Assembly: GCA_020137815.1 (NCBI GenBank)
Contig: CM035350.1
Location: 5,146,001-5,210,000, forward strand
Source: Hormiphora californensis
Lineage: Eukaryota; Animalia; Ctenophora
Reading direction: 5' to 3'
DNA: 64,000 nt
Numbering within the stretch: the first letter of the stretch is position 1; every line of letters begins with the position of its first letter. The notes under the pieces are model-generated. The model was not told the DNA's origin. It worked only from the letters and a program-made list of their open reading frames with translations, and searched no databases. Of the stretch, positions 39,064 through 64,000 are shown piece after piece. A program made the translations under genes and the position numbers.

Positions 39064-42000
39064 ATGGCTAGCACAGCTAATAAATTAGGATTTGTTGCTT
39101 TACCAAAGCCTGAAGAAGAGAACACAGAATCCCCCATCCTTTCAATCGACTGTTTCAACCCTCGCGCTATCCTTGACTTTGGAGATGTGAGTTGTGCAAT
39201 TTGTTTTATTTTTCACGTTAATTCCTCAGTTATAGATCAAACAAATCCTATCTATAATTATAACTAACCTATATCCAACTCTCAGGTGCCAGCGGGTAAA
39301 ACAACCATCAAGCATTTCACGCTGGAAAACCCCCACGATGAGACAATTGAACTGAGCACTGTAAAGTTTCCCTCTGCCATCAAGACGATTGTACTTCATG
39401 GGTATACACTGGAGGAATCCAAGAAACATGTTTTTAAAGTACCCGCCGGATCTTGTATCGATATAAATGTGGCGTGGACACCTGGTAGGAAGACCTGTCA
39501 TGTTGTCAATTTTAATAATTGTTTCAGGTTGAACTGTTTTGTTATTTTGTCTGTATCTCTTTCACGGTATCTCTTTCAGAAGTTAATGGATCGGGTGGAA
39601 TGAGGCAAACTCTGGAACTGTCATGGGAGAGAAAGAGGTTCACTTTAACCATGGTCGGGTTTATCGTGGAAGCGAAACAGAGAAAGGTTTGTTTTGAGAT
39701 CATGCTACATGAGAATTGAGAGGATAAATAGTTAAATAGCTTGTAGCAGCACCATACAATACTTCATTTCCGATAATGATCGGTTGGCAATCTTTCAATC
39801 TTATTCCCGCCCCTCTACCTCGCGTCGCGCGCGGGATAAGCGCGCATTTGTTATGATCAAAGTACGCATTGTCAGCACATAACGATCACACAGTCTCCAA
39901 CTTGAAATTCGAATATCCCGCTCCTCATTCTATTTTCAACCGTAACCAACGTCTCATTCCCTCTCATCATAGAAAACGGTAAAGCGGATTGTCAAAAAAA
40001 CTGCCCCAAAGAAACCTACAAACCTACCAATTTCAAATGACGAAGACGCAGAGAATAAGGTACATCTCAAAATGAAATACCCAGCAAACTTGACTGTTTT
40101 TTAATCTGATTAACTACCCTAACTTCTTGTAGAGGTTCAAAGGGATCGCCAACCAAACGGCAAACCAGACGGTACTTGGAGAGAAAGGTATGAAACAGGT
40201 CGTGTCACCAGTGCTGACAGGAGAGAACTCTCCCACTCCTCTCCTACCTAAACTTGATCTCAATAACGTTGTTGTTACTCCCTTCTCATCTCTGGATACC
40301 CCACCTGTGCAGGTAAGAGGAATAATAGATGGAAACAAGACAGCGACAAACAGAGGAGAGACGATGATAGACAGACGAGAGACAGTATAAAACAGACGAC
40401 ACACAGTTGTAGGGAAGAACAGATGATAGACAGTTACTGGAACAGACGGACCCCACTAACTAACAAACAGAACATTGACAATATGGTAAAACATCTTAAC
40501 TTTTTGTGTCTGTGCGTTTGCGTAACAGAAAAGACGTAAAAGATGGGGATGTGTTGTGAGTGAAGTGACACCTTGTAAAAGACACAAGAAAACACATGAG
40601 CGATTCTCTATGCTCGGTGAAGAGAGGAAGAGTGTGAGTGTGTGGCATGAATCATATGTGTGTATGATTAACGAGCAGTGACTTGTGAAGCACAAAACAA
40701 TGCGACCAACTTTTACTTTTAGTATTCCTTATCTCTCTCTTTATCATCCTTGTCGCACCTCTATTTTACTCCTTAATTCTTGTGTCTTCCCCACACTATT
40801 TTACTCCTTATCGCTTTACAGGTGGAAGCCCCTGTAAAACCCTCCCCACCATCCATCACATCCCCCACGGAGGATCAGTCCAATAAGATCACCAACACGG
40901 GTGCTCCCGCAAAGAGCTCAACCCCAGAGAATGAGAACAAGAGCCCCAGTGAGATATCACCCACAGAGGATGGTGTTGGTGGTGGTTCAAAAACACCCCG
41001 TAAACGGAGGACATGGGGTGCAGTTGATAGCAATCCGTTATTAATAACACCCACTGTCGTTACAAGGTATAAGGGAATGGAGCTGGAGAGGGTAAATGAT
41101 AATTGGGAGATGGATATCTGTGGGTGGGTGTGGAATTAATTTCAGGCACTGACTGTGTACACTGTACATCGCGCACCCCTTCGGCCCGGTGCGAAGAGGA
41201 CGGTCTTATTATATGAGACAAGGAATTAATATCAAATTGTTCCAGGGCTGCCATGAAACGAATTGCCGAGGAGCAATCCAGTATGTGCCAGCAGACCTTT
41301 ATGGAGTGCCATACTATGCTTGATGGAGATAGTGTCCTCTCCCCGCCTGTAGATGCCTCTCCTCCTCCTCTTCCCTTTCCAGCGCCCAATGAAACGCTTG
41401 CAACAGTAGCTTCTACTACTGGAATAGCCCCACCCAGTCCTGTCCCGACTGGAGTAGCGGGCGGGCCCCTTACTGCTACACCTATGCATCCCGTAAGTTG
41501 AGTAGTAGAGTTGACAGAGAACTGGATACATTCCTGTCAGTAGTAGTTGACAGAGAGATATTCCTGTCAGTAGAAATCGCTTTTCTGATCCTGACACAGG
41601 AGACTTGTTGTTCTGTTAGATAGTGTGGTCTCTCTCTACAATAATAGCTGTTAACACAGTATACTCTCTCTATAATAATAGCTGTTAACACATACAATAC
41701 ATTGTTAACACATACTGTTAACACAGTATACTCTCTCTCTAGTCGATGGTGTTTAACAAGAAAGAGACCCAGGAGAGTGGGTTACCATGTTTCGATACCA
41801 GTATTATACCTCATGCCTCGCCCAAGGGATCTCAACCTACCAGTCCCAGAACACCCGCAATCCGAGTAAGTAGGAGCAGTGAACATTAGATTTAGTGACT
41901 CATTCTATTTCAGTGTGTTAGTTACTAATTTGTTCCCCATTTGTTCATTTTCCCCAGAAATCAGAAGCCTTTGTCATCCCGGCTATTGAGACGACAACAT

Positions 42001-45000
42001 CAACTGTTGATTTGAGTCATGAGGGACCTATTGCCTCCACCCCTGCGGTAAATATCTCTGTTGTACCATGTTCCTTTGTTATGTTCTAATACCCTCCTTT
42101 ACATTTGTATGGCACGGCACGCGGTGAAACAGGGTCGATCAAGGCAATCTTACCCCTTACTAGTGACCGGCACCTTTCTCTTTTATTTCTATCCCTCTAC
42201 TGTCCCCTTCTAGTTCTAAAATTCCTTTCCCCTACTGCAGCCGCAACCAAAAGTACCTGCACCGCCCAAGATCGTCAGGACAGCAAAACCAACTGCAACA
42301 AAACCAAAGCGACCCGAGTTCAAGGCCCCCACGGTTGGTACCGAATCTCGGCCTAAAACTGCCCCGGGTCGTCCTGGTCTGGCAGGCAGAGATGCACTTC
42401 GGAAGACCTTGGGAGGTGATGTAATGAGGAGGCCGGTGAAGGCAGCAAAACGGAGATCGAAAAGTGCCGACAGGGTCGAGAAACCAAAACAGAAGACAAC
42501 AACCACAGCAGCTACCCCTAGTGTTGCTTCAAATTCTAAAATGCCAAAACGCAAAGGTAAAAAAGCTCAGATTTGATTCAAAATATATTTCATTTGCTCA
42601 TCCTCCTCCGTAAGTGACTGATTAGAAGTTCTTTATTTAATCATTCTAGGTTGTTTACTGACCGACTCCCCCTCCCCCAGATATGTTAACACCAGGTGCA
42701 ATGTGCCCTCCGAAGTCACCTATCAAGCGACTCCGACCCCTCCAACGAATAGCCAGTGCAGATGACGCTTTTAGGGAGAAACGCCATCGCAGTGCTGACG
42801 TGCTAAAAACACCCATCGATAAGAACAAGAGTAAGTGGAGAATAAATATATGGTAGTTAACTGTGCTTTCACTTGTTGGTTGAAGTAGTATTATCTAGTG
42901 TCTGAGAGATTATTATGTAGTAATCTGTATCAGATCACCCTGTCCTAACTGTTATCGCTCTTTTAGCAGCCGGAACGAGCAGCAACTTAACTCGGAGAAG
43001 TGGAGTTCCAACTACGGGAAAAAGAATCAAAGTTGGAAATACTCGTACCAGTGGGGGTAAGTGTCCTGAACAAATTAAACAAATAAGTATCTGAATATCC
43101 ACTTCGTTTTCCCATACATGTTCTAAACCCCCTTTTTTTTCTCTTTTTTTTCTTCCTCTGTGCGGCATATTCCCCTTTCTTGGTAATATACCATCTCTGT
43201 TGGTGTTACACTAGAAAGTAACAGCTCTCAACGCTGACCCTATCTAAACCCCTCTTTCCCCCTCAGTTCTGCCCCGTCACCCCCTTGCCATGTCCTCGGT
43301 TACGAACATGTACTTTGACGACAAGTGGAAGATAAAGCAGGAACGGGCCTTCACAGTCTGGATGAATTTCCACCTTTGCCCCCCTGAGGGATCCCTGCCA
43401 CCTACCTACCAGACCACCCGGGACGTGCTCAAGAATGCGGCAAGGAAGGCCAAGAAGGGCACTACCCCTCCTAATAACAGGGCTGCTGTACTGGCTAGAA
43501 TTCAGGCGGAGAGGAAACTATTCCAGTCGGAGCGACGAGCAAACGCAATTTTCCAGGTACATACTTCGTTATATTTTGTTATATTTGGTTACATTTGGTT
43601 ACCATTAAATTACAGGAAACACCCGGCACTCTGTTATACATAACTTGTTTTTAATCAAGGGTTTTCAATAACACTTCAAGCCGGTCCTAAATTATCCTCC
43701 ACCAGTCTGCGGGTACAGTGCTGCTGAAGCTGGAACGAGAGATAAACGAGGGAGGGTTAACAGTTAGAGGGGACAGGAAGCTAGATGCGGATCTGGGTCT
43801 GAAAGATCAACTAATTGACCTGCTGCTGTGTTACAACCCGATCTGGTTGAGGCTGGGTTTGGAGATCCTTTATGAGGAGATCATCCCGTTAACACACCAT
43901 CAGGTAACATGGTTACCATGGTTACCTCTTACCTGGTTACCATGGTAACCATGGTTAAATAAACTAACGTTGCTACTATAAATATAACGGTTACCATGGT
44001 TATCTCTTACACGAACGTGATCACTACGGTTATACGCTAACAAATGTTGTAACCACTCCTCTCAGGACATGCCGGGTTTAGTTACCTTTCTGAATACCCG
44101 GTTCGTCAACAACCCAGCTATAGCACAACGGTACGCCCACCCTACAGTTCCCGGATCCCATGCCACAGGATACGAAACAGACCTCCGCAAGTTCACCCTC
44201 AAAAGGGTATGTTGTTTTTTTGTTTCCATGGTTACTTCACGTTGCTATGGTTACTTTCTTACTCCATGTTTCTATACTGAAGGGTTCTACTCTTACACTC
44301 TCTCCCAGTTCCTGATGTTGGTTCTGTTACTGGACATGGCTAAATCTTCCCGAGTCCTAGAGCACGATCCCTGTCTGTTCTGTCTGAACTCCCCCCACAA
44401 GACGAGTAGATCTTTGTTGATCAAGTTCTCCAATTCCTTCCTCAGTGGGGAGGGTGATGTGACTAAACATCTCTCTTACATCGGGTAGGTTCTACTCAGA
44501 CAGGGTCTAATAATATATCGAGAACACGTTTGTATCTCCCGTCCTTTCCTCCCATGTATATCCAATATATCCATCCCTTCTCCTCACTCACCTGTATAAT
44601 TCCCTCAGGTACACCGTTAACCATGAACAGAAACCGATCGAGGAGTTCAATTACACCGTATCTCGAATCGAAACTGACCTCCGAGATGGCACGAGGCTGT
44701 GCAGACTGGCCGAGATCCTCACCGAGACACCCCTCTGTGATAAGCTCCGGGTCCCCACCGTCAGTAGGCTGCAGAAGGCCCACAATGTCAGCCTCATGCT
44801 CACCCAGATGGTCTCAGAGGGGGTGTCCCTGGATGACGTGCCCCATGGAACCATCGACAAGTACAGCATTGTGGATGGCAATCAGAATCTCACCCTGGCA
44901 CTCATCTGGAATGTCATCTTCCAGTACTCGATCTCGAGAATCTTAGCAGTTAACCAGCTGGAAGCGGAAATAAACATCCTGAAGAGCATCCTAAACCGCC

Positions 45001-47644
45001 GCAAAAAGATGTTCCGACCCTCCCTTCGAGGTGGTGATGATGACTACGTCCTGGGGCTACCATCCCGCCGTCTCTCTGTTAATGAGGCTTCCTTCTTTAA
45101 AAGTCGAGTTCTAACTGCCCTGATGGAGTGGTGCCAGACTGTCTGCAGTTTCTATGATGTTCCAGTGGATAACTTTACTGTTTCGTTCTCTGATGGCAGG
45201 GTCTTGTGTCTCCTAATCCATCACTACCATCCCGAGCTGGTTCCGTTCCATCGTGTCAAGATGAGCACGGCCCTCTCCCGGCAACTCATTGAAATGGACC
45301 TGTCACGTGACTTCCTAACTGATCCCGTGGTAGAGACGGAGCGTTTCCGGGACAACGAGAGGGAGAATTTCAAGTTGCTTGCGGAGGCAATGAGTGGGTT
45401 AGCAGCTGTTCCTGCCATGGTGTTCCCCCAGGACATGATCGGAACGATACCTGATGAGAGAGTAGTGATCACATTTGTAGCCTACTTGTGTGCATCTCTC
45501 GTGGATATTTCCCAGGAATTCCGGGCAGCCCAGAGAATTCAACGGCTGTGGAAGAGATACAAATTCCTCCAGCGGCATGAGGAAATGAGGGGAGTTAGGA
45601 AGGATGTTATCAAGGTTCAGAGTCTCATGAGGGCAGTCCTGGCTGGCAAGAAGTTGGAATACCTCCGGGCTAATCGAGAGGCCATCCTAGCAGAGAGAAG
45701 GGAGTACGCAGCCAGGAGAATCCAGCAGGGTTGGCGAGGAGCCAAGGAGGTGAAACTGGCCCGGGGCGAGTTCCTGGCCAAGAGAGAGGCAGCAGTGAAG
45801 TTACAGCAGTGGTATAGGAGTATCTTGGAGGTTAGGTGGAGGGACAGGATCTGTGCGGCTAGGAAGATACAGAGCGTGTGGAGGGGACACAGGGCCCGGT
45901 GTCAGTTGGAGAGGGCCCATTCTAGTGTTATCAAGATCCAGGCAGCATACCGGGGCCACCAGTGCAGGAGACGATTCCTCGCTCAACGAAGTGCCGCATC
46001 TGTTATTGCAGCTAAATGGAAGGCGACACTTTTGATGAAGGAGCAGCGGATTGACTTCCAGGCTCAGCGTGCTGCGGCGTGTACTGTTCAGCGGTATTGG
46101 CGGGGACATGCAGCTAGGGTGCGGGTTGAGAAGTTGCGAGCTGCCAAACAAGCGTGTCTCTATATCCAGGCAGTGTTCAGGGGTGTCCTGGTACGCCGTG
46201 ATATATCACGGGCCAGGAATGCAGCCATCACTATACAACAGACATACCGTGCTACATGTACCATGCGAGAGGAGCGAGGGAGGTATCTAGCTAAGAGAGA
46301 GGCTGCCGTGTCCATTCAGAGCGTTTATAGGGGTGTCATGGTTAGACGGGAGATGGAACTGAGAAGAGCCGCTGTGATCAAGATCCAGGCAGCGGCGAGG
46401 GGATGGATTGTGAGGTTGTGTGTTGAGAGAAAGAGAAGGGCTGCTTCTACAATACAGATCTGGTACAGGTCTCAAAAACTAATGGTCCAGGAGAGGGATA
46501 TATACCAGTCTAAGAAGGTCGCAGCAGTGTCTATTCAGTCTCTATGGAGGATGCTGCTAGTCCAGAGGCGCATTGCCATGGAAACCAAGGCTGTTACCAG
46601 GATCCAGACGGCGTGGCGGGCACACAGGGATAGGAAACACTTCCTGGATGTTCGATCAAGTGCCATTAGTATTACAAGCCACGTGGAGGCGCTACAAAAT
46701 AAGAAAACAATCAGAACAAGCTCGTCTTGCTCTTCTCCGAAGTGTCCTCACCGTGCAGTCGCTCTACAGGGGCTGTGCAGTTAGAAGACACCTAGTTGCC
46801 CAGCAGGACTCGGCAACCCGCCTACAGGCTGTCTATAGAGGGTACTGTGTAAGGAGAGAGGTGGAGTGCCAGAGAAAAGCAGCAGTCACCATCCAGCAGC
46901 AATACAGGGCAGTGATACAGGGCAGGGTTGATAGGGCCGCATACCTCACTCAGCGGAAGAGTGTAGTGGTTATCCAGGCTCATGTTCGGGGCTGGCTGGT
47001 CAGGGTGGCCCATACTCGGCAATGCACCAGTGCGGCTCACATCCAGGCAGTATGGCGGGGGTATCAGGAGAGAAAGAGGTATGGGAGGGTACGTGATGCT
47101 ACTGTGTTAATTCAGCACCATGTGGTAGCCTGGTTAGTTGGAAGAAAGGAGAGGCAGGAGTACCTACACCTGCGACAGGTTGTGATTCAGGTCCAGGCAA
47201 TATCCCGTGGTGCCGCTGTTAGGAGGGTGGTTGCTAGGCAACACCACTCCGCAACCACCATTCAGCGTGTTTGGAGGGGATATACCGCCCGCAAAGTTAT
47301 TGGTATTCAGAGACATGCAGCTGTGTGTATTCAAAGCACGTGGAGAATGGCACGGGACCGGGCTGCCTTTGTGCGGGTTTGTCAGGCTGTAGTAACAATC
47401 CAGGCAGGATGGAGAATGACCCTATGTGTCAGGGAATACAGAGAGAAACAGGGCAGGGCAGTACAGATCCAGGCTGCTTGGAGGGGATACCGGGCTGTTA
47501 GGGAGTACAGGAAGACAAGGGAGGGTGTTGTGAGGATCCAGGCTGCTTGGAGAGGATATAGAGCTAGGAGGGTGCATCGGTTATTGGTGGTCTTGAACCA
47601 GACCCGGAGAAAACTACTAGAGGAAAATATACCACTCCACTTAG
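39064..47644 (+). CDS. ASPM: Abnormal spindle-like microcephaly-associated protein (multi-exon; ASH, CH domains, about 28 IQ motifs); one frameshift near 46666; 3' end uncertain
   Basis: N-terminal CFNPRAILDFGDV; KQERAFTVWMNFHL, LLCYNPIWLRLGLE, FLSGEGDVTKHL, IVDGNQNLTLALIW, VDNFTVSFSDGRVLCLLIHHYHP; IQxxxRG repeats counted by eye. Confidence 0.93.
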
Positions 47645-49210
47645 TAAGTATACGTTACTTTTTAGTTTGTCTGTTACTTGTTTACTTGTTTATCTACTAA
47701 AACTTGTGTCAATTGCTCCCTACGTACTCCATTCTTACTAAAAACACTTTATTTTCAGATGTTAGAACTAACTGATAACCTTGGGAATCTGGGCTTCTGA
47801 ACATGTCCCTCTGAAACAGTTCACAGAATTGGTTGTACAGACTTAAAGTTTATTAATTATTTCAAGAAAAGAACAGAAACTGAAGACGGAAGAGCGTTTT
47901 GTAGTAATGATAATATCATAATAGCAGTTATCTAATTCTCAATGGAAAGAGAAATGTGGGCCGAACGTTTTGCCGTATTTCAATTACATGTTCTTGATGA
48001 TTGATTCTAGTTCTACTCAAGTAATCCCGAACTATTTTGTTAAATGCATTTTTAAATCGCAAAGGACTGTCATCTTTTGCCTGTTATGTTCTAATCCTCC
48101 GGAGCTGCACTGTGATAGATTATCTATTAGATACATGAGAGAGGGTCAACTCGAGCAAGGCAACTTACCGATTCAGATCCCTGCCGCTTGGCTCTTACTC
48201 TCAGTCTCATTTTGAGTCCAAATGAAGATGCAATGTGTATTACATACTTGTAGACTTGTTATTTAATGCATTTTCTAATTAAACGGTGTATGATCAATTA
48301 CTTGTATAATGAGACTGGTCTAAAAAGGGTGCGCCAGTGGGCCAAAAAATTGCACGCGCAAATTAAAAGCCGCGCAAAAAAATACGGTCTAACGCGCGCG
48401 CGCCCGTCAATACCTTATCCCGCGCGGGGGCCAGCGGCGTTTGACAAAAAATCCGGGCGTTCTTTTTACATTTTTGAAAACGCAAACAGCAACCTTTACA
48501 GTTATATGTTTTATCCCTTTTTCATCCTAAAGTGATACGTAATGCCAGATGGCGATCCTCCAAGTGGTATGCACTTTTATATTTACGGTTAAAATACGAA
48601 AATCAGTTCGCATCTTTGCCCCTAGCACCGAACAAGAAATATAACGGGTGACATTTTTTCTCTTTCAGAGCCAAACCTGAAGTATAAACGGACGTTTAAA
48701 CGGCATTGTCCAAAAATGCCATGCACGTTACCTTCAAAATGCCACCAGAGTCTAGAAAACCTGCCAGCTGCCCTCTTTATTAATCCACCACTTCCACCTC
48801 CACCGACGTCCGGATTGAAACTTAACATTCATAAACATTCATAATGGTCCTGAAAGTAGCCGCAGAATGGATCAGTTTTTTCAAACTACCATAAAGTTAG
48901 TACAAATGTGATTAGTAAATCCCAGGTTGGGGAACGAAGTCGTCTGTGTTACATCCCTTTGACCTCAAAAATGTTTGGTCGAAAAGACGTATTTAGGATT
49001 CTCTAGTTTCACCTGTACTGACCTAGACATAGACAATTAAATTCTTTAAACGATTTACTTTGTTCCAATTCACAGACCCTGTCAACGGAGAAGAAAAGGT
49101 AAACTATTCAGCAGACACCACTAATTCACTACCACACCTTTTAGGCAAATTCAGAGCAACATGGAAGAGTTCGATGTTGATCTTCCAGTGGAGAGGGTTA
49201 TGGCAAAGTT

Positions 49211-49796
49211 GGTGGGCGGACTCTAGTGCTAACGGACTCTTTATCTAAATCGAAGGCGGACTCTATATCTAAAAACGGACTCTTTATCTACAGTTAGATT
49301 TTGAAAAAAGTTTAGATAAAGAGTCCTCCCTGTGTAGACTTTTTAGATAAAGAGTCCGCCCTGTGTAGAATTTTTAGATATAGAGTCCTCTAGTACATTT
49401 TGGCGCCAAATCCTCCAACCCGGACTCTATGTCTAAAATCCTAACCCAACCCAAAACCTAACCCTAAAACTAACCCTAACCCTAACCCTAACCTCGAACC
49501 CAAATAACGGCCCTAACACTTCTAAATTAGTATAGGGGTAGAGCATACTCTCGTTTCCGGCCTAACGGCCGAAATCTCGAGTTCGCGGCGAAAGGCGGAC
49601 TCTATATCTAATTTAGATTTATGTAGATATAGAGTCCACTTTGTTTAGACTTTTTAGATAAAGAGTCCGCCCTGTGTAGACTTTTTAGATATAGAGTCCT
49701 CCTAGAGTTTAGACTTATTTGGACTCTTTATCTAAATCTAAATTTAGATATAGAGTCCACTGTAGACTTAGAGTGTAGCACTAGAGTCCGCACACC
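49211..49796. mobile_element. Mutator-type MITE with internal subrepeats and CCCTAA tracts
   Basis: TIR GGTG(G/T)GCGGACTCTAGTGCTA; 9-bp TSD GGCAAAGTT / GGCGAAGTT; many GGACTCT(T/A)TATCTA subrepeats in both orientations. Confidence 0.8.
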
Positions 49797-50178
49797 GGCG
49801 AAGTTAACTCAACTTATAATGCTCCAAAAAAGAACACCGTGAACAAGTCACATAATTCAACTTCAGAAGGAAGCCAGAAATCGGTAGTTGAACCGAAGGT
49901 TAAGAGGTTTTCCCACTTCACTCCAGGTTTATTTTGACTTTGATGCTTCTAAGCCGACGGGTCTTCAAGTTCAAATACATTGATGACAGCTGGACCAAAC
50001 TATCTGACAAATTACAATTATCTGGCTCTTCATTGATCATGATATGATGTGACTATTTATTTTTAGTTCTGTGTTGTGTGTAAATATAGTGGAACATTCA
50101 CTGCTGCAGTTAGCTCTTCCTGGGCTACTAACTGTACCACAACCACACTAACTAACTGTTATAATATAGCGAGATATA

Positions 50179-51939
50179 ATGGTTGAATTTACGGAGGATG
50201 AAGCAGCTCTATACGACAGACAAATCAGATTGTGGGGAGTGGACGCCCAGCGAGCTCTTCGATCCGCTAATGTGTTGGTGAAACGCTGTGGACCACTGGT
50301 AAGACGACCATCTTACCCTCTTGTTCCCAGTACCCAGTACATGTTAAAGTGGTGTTGAAGTACTGTTTGATTAACTAATATATATATCTCTCCATGTTGT
50401 ATCTAGGGTGCGGAGGTCTGTAAGAATATAGTGTTATCAGGGGTTAACTCGCTCACACTAGTTCGACCCCCGGATTGTGCAGGAGGAACACTCTGCTACT
50501 AACTTCCTTCTGAGGACACAAACTGGAGATAGCTTTGCAGGTTAGCATACCAGATCAGTTCATGAAGCTCTCCGTTGGTACTAGGATTCATAAAGGAAGA
50601 ATCTCTTCCTAAGAGTGCTCAATGGGGGAGGTACCTGGATGTTTACCTTTAAATTAGTACCCCTTTCTGTTATAGATACAGCGGTACCTAACCTCCAAAT
50701 TCTGAACCCTCTTGTCCGAGTTACCTCAACCGTGGAAGATCTCAGCAAAGATACAATTGGACAGTACTCAGTCGTCTGCATAACTGGTAATTGTGAAGAA
50801 GTGGCAGCTCTGATTGGTCAATGGTCAATGAGCTCTAGTCACGTGATTGGGCCCGCCTTATTGGTCAGAGCTCTGGTCATGTGTCATTGGGAGACACGGT
50901 GTCTAAGACACCCTGATCATTGATCGATCATAACAAAATTATTGATACTACCACTACTTCTACAGATGGTACCCATGAGGAGTACAGTGCTTTGAATGAC
51001 TTGTGTAGGGAGCATGGAGTTTCCTTCCTCGCTTGTAACACATGGGGAATGGCTGGATTCATGTTCCAAGACGCAGGTATAAATTATCTCTAGTCAGGGG
51101 TCCACTTATATCTTCCAACCAAATATATCTCCAATCCAGAGTAGGACGCATCTTATATCGACCAACATTATTTTCCCCCTGACAGCCCTTTCTTATTCAG
51201 GTGCAAAGTTCAAGTTCATTGCGGAGAAGTCCAAGGTTCATAAGGAGCAGAAGGGTGCAGATCAAGGGGCTACAAAGCGACGCAAGGTAGACTCTGGTGA
51301 GAAGAAGGATAAGAAAGAAGAGGAGGAGGAGGAGGATGGGTATGAGCAGAGGGAGGCTAGTTTTGTTACTTACAGAGATGCAGGAGAAGCTACCAAGTTA
51401 AAATTCTCCTCGCCAAGCGTTCTAATCGCACAAGGTAACTTGTAATGTAGTGTGGTTCCCTTTGTGACTTTCACCTCCTCACCATAGTCCCTAGCTCATT
51501 AAAATAATACTCTGAACAACTGAATATATTGAGGCGGGTCAAATGCAAAGATATATTTCCCCCAGGTTTATTACGAGGAGTGACTGATATTGGACAGTAT
51601 TGCAGAGAGGCAGCAGAGAAAATAAATGCAAAACATGTCCCTGACGATCTTCTACAGTAAGACCTTATGCTTACATAATCCTCAAACTATTAATACTTCC
51701 CTCCCCCCTCCCCCGAACTCCCCTGTTATACCCTCCTTATCAACCTACTAAAACTCAAAATATCACCCTTCAGGAATCTGGAGGGAGCAATAGTTCCAAT
51801 ATGTGCCATTGTAGGCGGAATGGCAAGCCAGGAAATTATCAAGATTGTCAGCAAGAAGGACCCTCCTATTGTCAACAGTTTTTACTACGATGGCCTCTCC
51901 GGAGCTGGAATAATTGAAAACACTAGATCCAGCTCATAG
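50179..51939 (+). CDS. SAE1: SUMO-activating enzyme subunit 1 (Aos1), about 7 exons
   Basis: MVEFTEDEAALYDRQIRLWGVDAQRALRSANVL../GAEVCKNIVLSGV../LQILNPLV../PICAIVGGMASQEIIKIVSKKDPPIVNSFYYDG. Confidence 0.92.
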
Positions 51940-52161
51940 AGGAAGAACACTAGAAATATATCTTACAAAGAACTTCGACACAGCATTTTATTTGTTTTTA
52001 TAACTTATCTTTATGATTTGTTTTTAATGTCCCTTTGTGTGCTCCTGATTTTACACTGTCTGGTTCTGTCGACTGTAGCCAGCATGTCCGTCAACCTGAG
52101 AACCCGCTAGCCCATATATGATAGTGTTTTTAACCTGCCCCCGCGTCTCCCTAGCTAGGCG

Positions 52162-58602
<6,441 letters not shown>

Positions 58603-58994
58603 GAGAATTAGGGTGTCGCGATGAAGCGCAAAGAATATCATGAAGACATGTTAGAAGACAATTGTAACAGACTAATGTGCATGGGTATTTTATGTTTATA
58701 TAGTACTGTGAATGTTTTTTCAGAGGTTAGAATAGTACTGTGAAAGTTCTTCAGAAATTAGTGTTTTCAGAGGTTAGAATCATTTATTAGACACTGTTTT
58801 GTAGGGTACTGTGTAATTTGTTTAAACTGAATGCTGACAATAAACGTTATTTAACACAGATAAAATGATGTTTTGACATGGCCTTTTACACTTTTTTTAA
58901 TTATTTTTCACTGACACGCTGCTCACGATATATATACACATTTTGTTCCAGGAAATGATCACTTTACAAGGGAATGGATGCCGCCTCCAACATT

Positions 58995-63290
<4,296 letters not shown>

Positions 63291-63788
63291 CTGCGTTCAT
63301 GGGGATAGGGGAAGAATAGATCTCTGTGCAGATAAATGAAGTGTGATACAAGGATTATTAGGGATGGTGATTGTTGATTAATGAATATGCAATGAATGGC
63401 GGAATATAATATGAATCAGGCAGATAATCATAGGATTGTGTGGAAGATCAATCATGTTGATGTTTGAGAAGTTTCGATGATTATATAAGAAGGATTTAGG
63501 ATCTTAAGACGTGAAGTTGGAAGATCTTGTTCAGGGAGTTTTGATTGGGTGTTGCATGCCAATAGATGATGTACCTTAAAGGCGCAGCCTTGTAGAACCT
63601 TTTAGATCTAGCTAGTGTAGGAGTAATCCATTTCATACTTTATAATAATTCACCGCCCTGCAGTGAATACAACAAAAACAACAACAACTTTCCAGAAGTG
63701 GTGCAAAAACAATAATTTCTTGCGAGCATGCAGTTTGCAACTAATTGGCCTTATGAAGTAGTTGCTCTCTCTCTCTCTCTCTCTCTCA

Positions 63789-63830
<42 letters not shown>

Positions 63831-64000
63831 TTTTCTCTCTCTCTCTCTCTCTCACTTTTTTCTCTCTCTCTCTCTCTCTCTTTTCTTGACTAGACCAATG
63901 ACGTGGCTCGGCAGTGGGTTGCCCTGCACCGGTGACCAATAGTCGGCCGCCACCAGCTAATTGAGTTAGCCGCTGCTTCTCCTGCTTGCGTTGACGAAGG

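Noticed and set aside
46660-46680. Programmed frameshift in ASPM
   Set aside because: No slippery heptamer; a single-base insertion error is simpler, given similar indels in the dynamin gene

Overview
Eukaryotic (animal) genomic DNA with short GT-AG introns, many MITEs and microsatellites. The repeat families and gene style suggest a ctenophore such as Pleurobrachia; this is recognition from memory, not a database result. Genes in order: an intronless, frameshifted dynamin-related gene; RPS8; NUDT21 with a sulfotransferase nested antisense in its first intron; a secreted F-type-lectin-like gene; a tandem duplication of a BK-channel-beta-like gene plus a synaptotagmin-like gene, with an L2-type LINE with open ORFs in one copy and a tRNA-derived SINE at the junction; ASPM; SAE1; a copine with a truncated LINE in an intron; and a divergent alpha-tubulin. 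The most notable signal is in the alpha-tubulin. It has two tandem paralogous exons for the lumenal K40-loop region, separated by only 40 nt and frame-incompatible together, so they look mutually exclusive and give a loop with or without a lysine. Also notable are an ORF1-only retroelement inside a (GA)n microsatellite and several fold-back repeat arrays.
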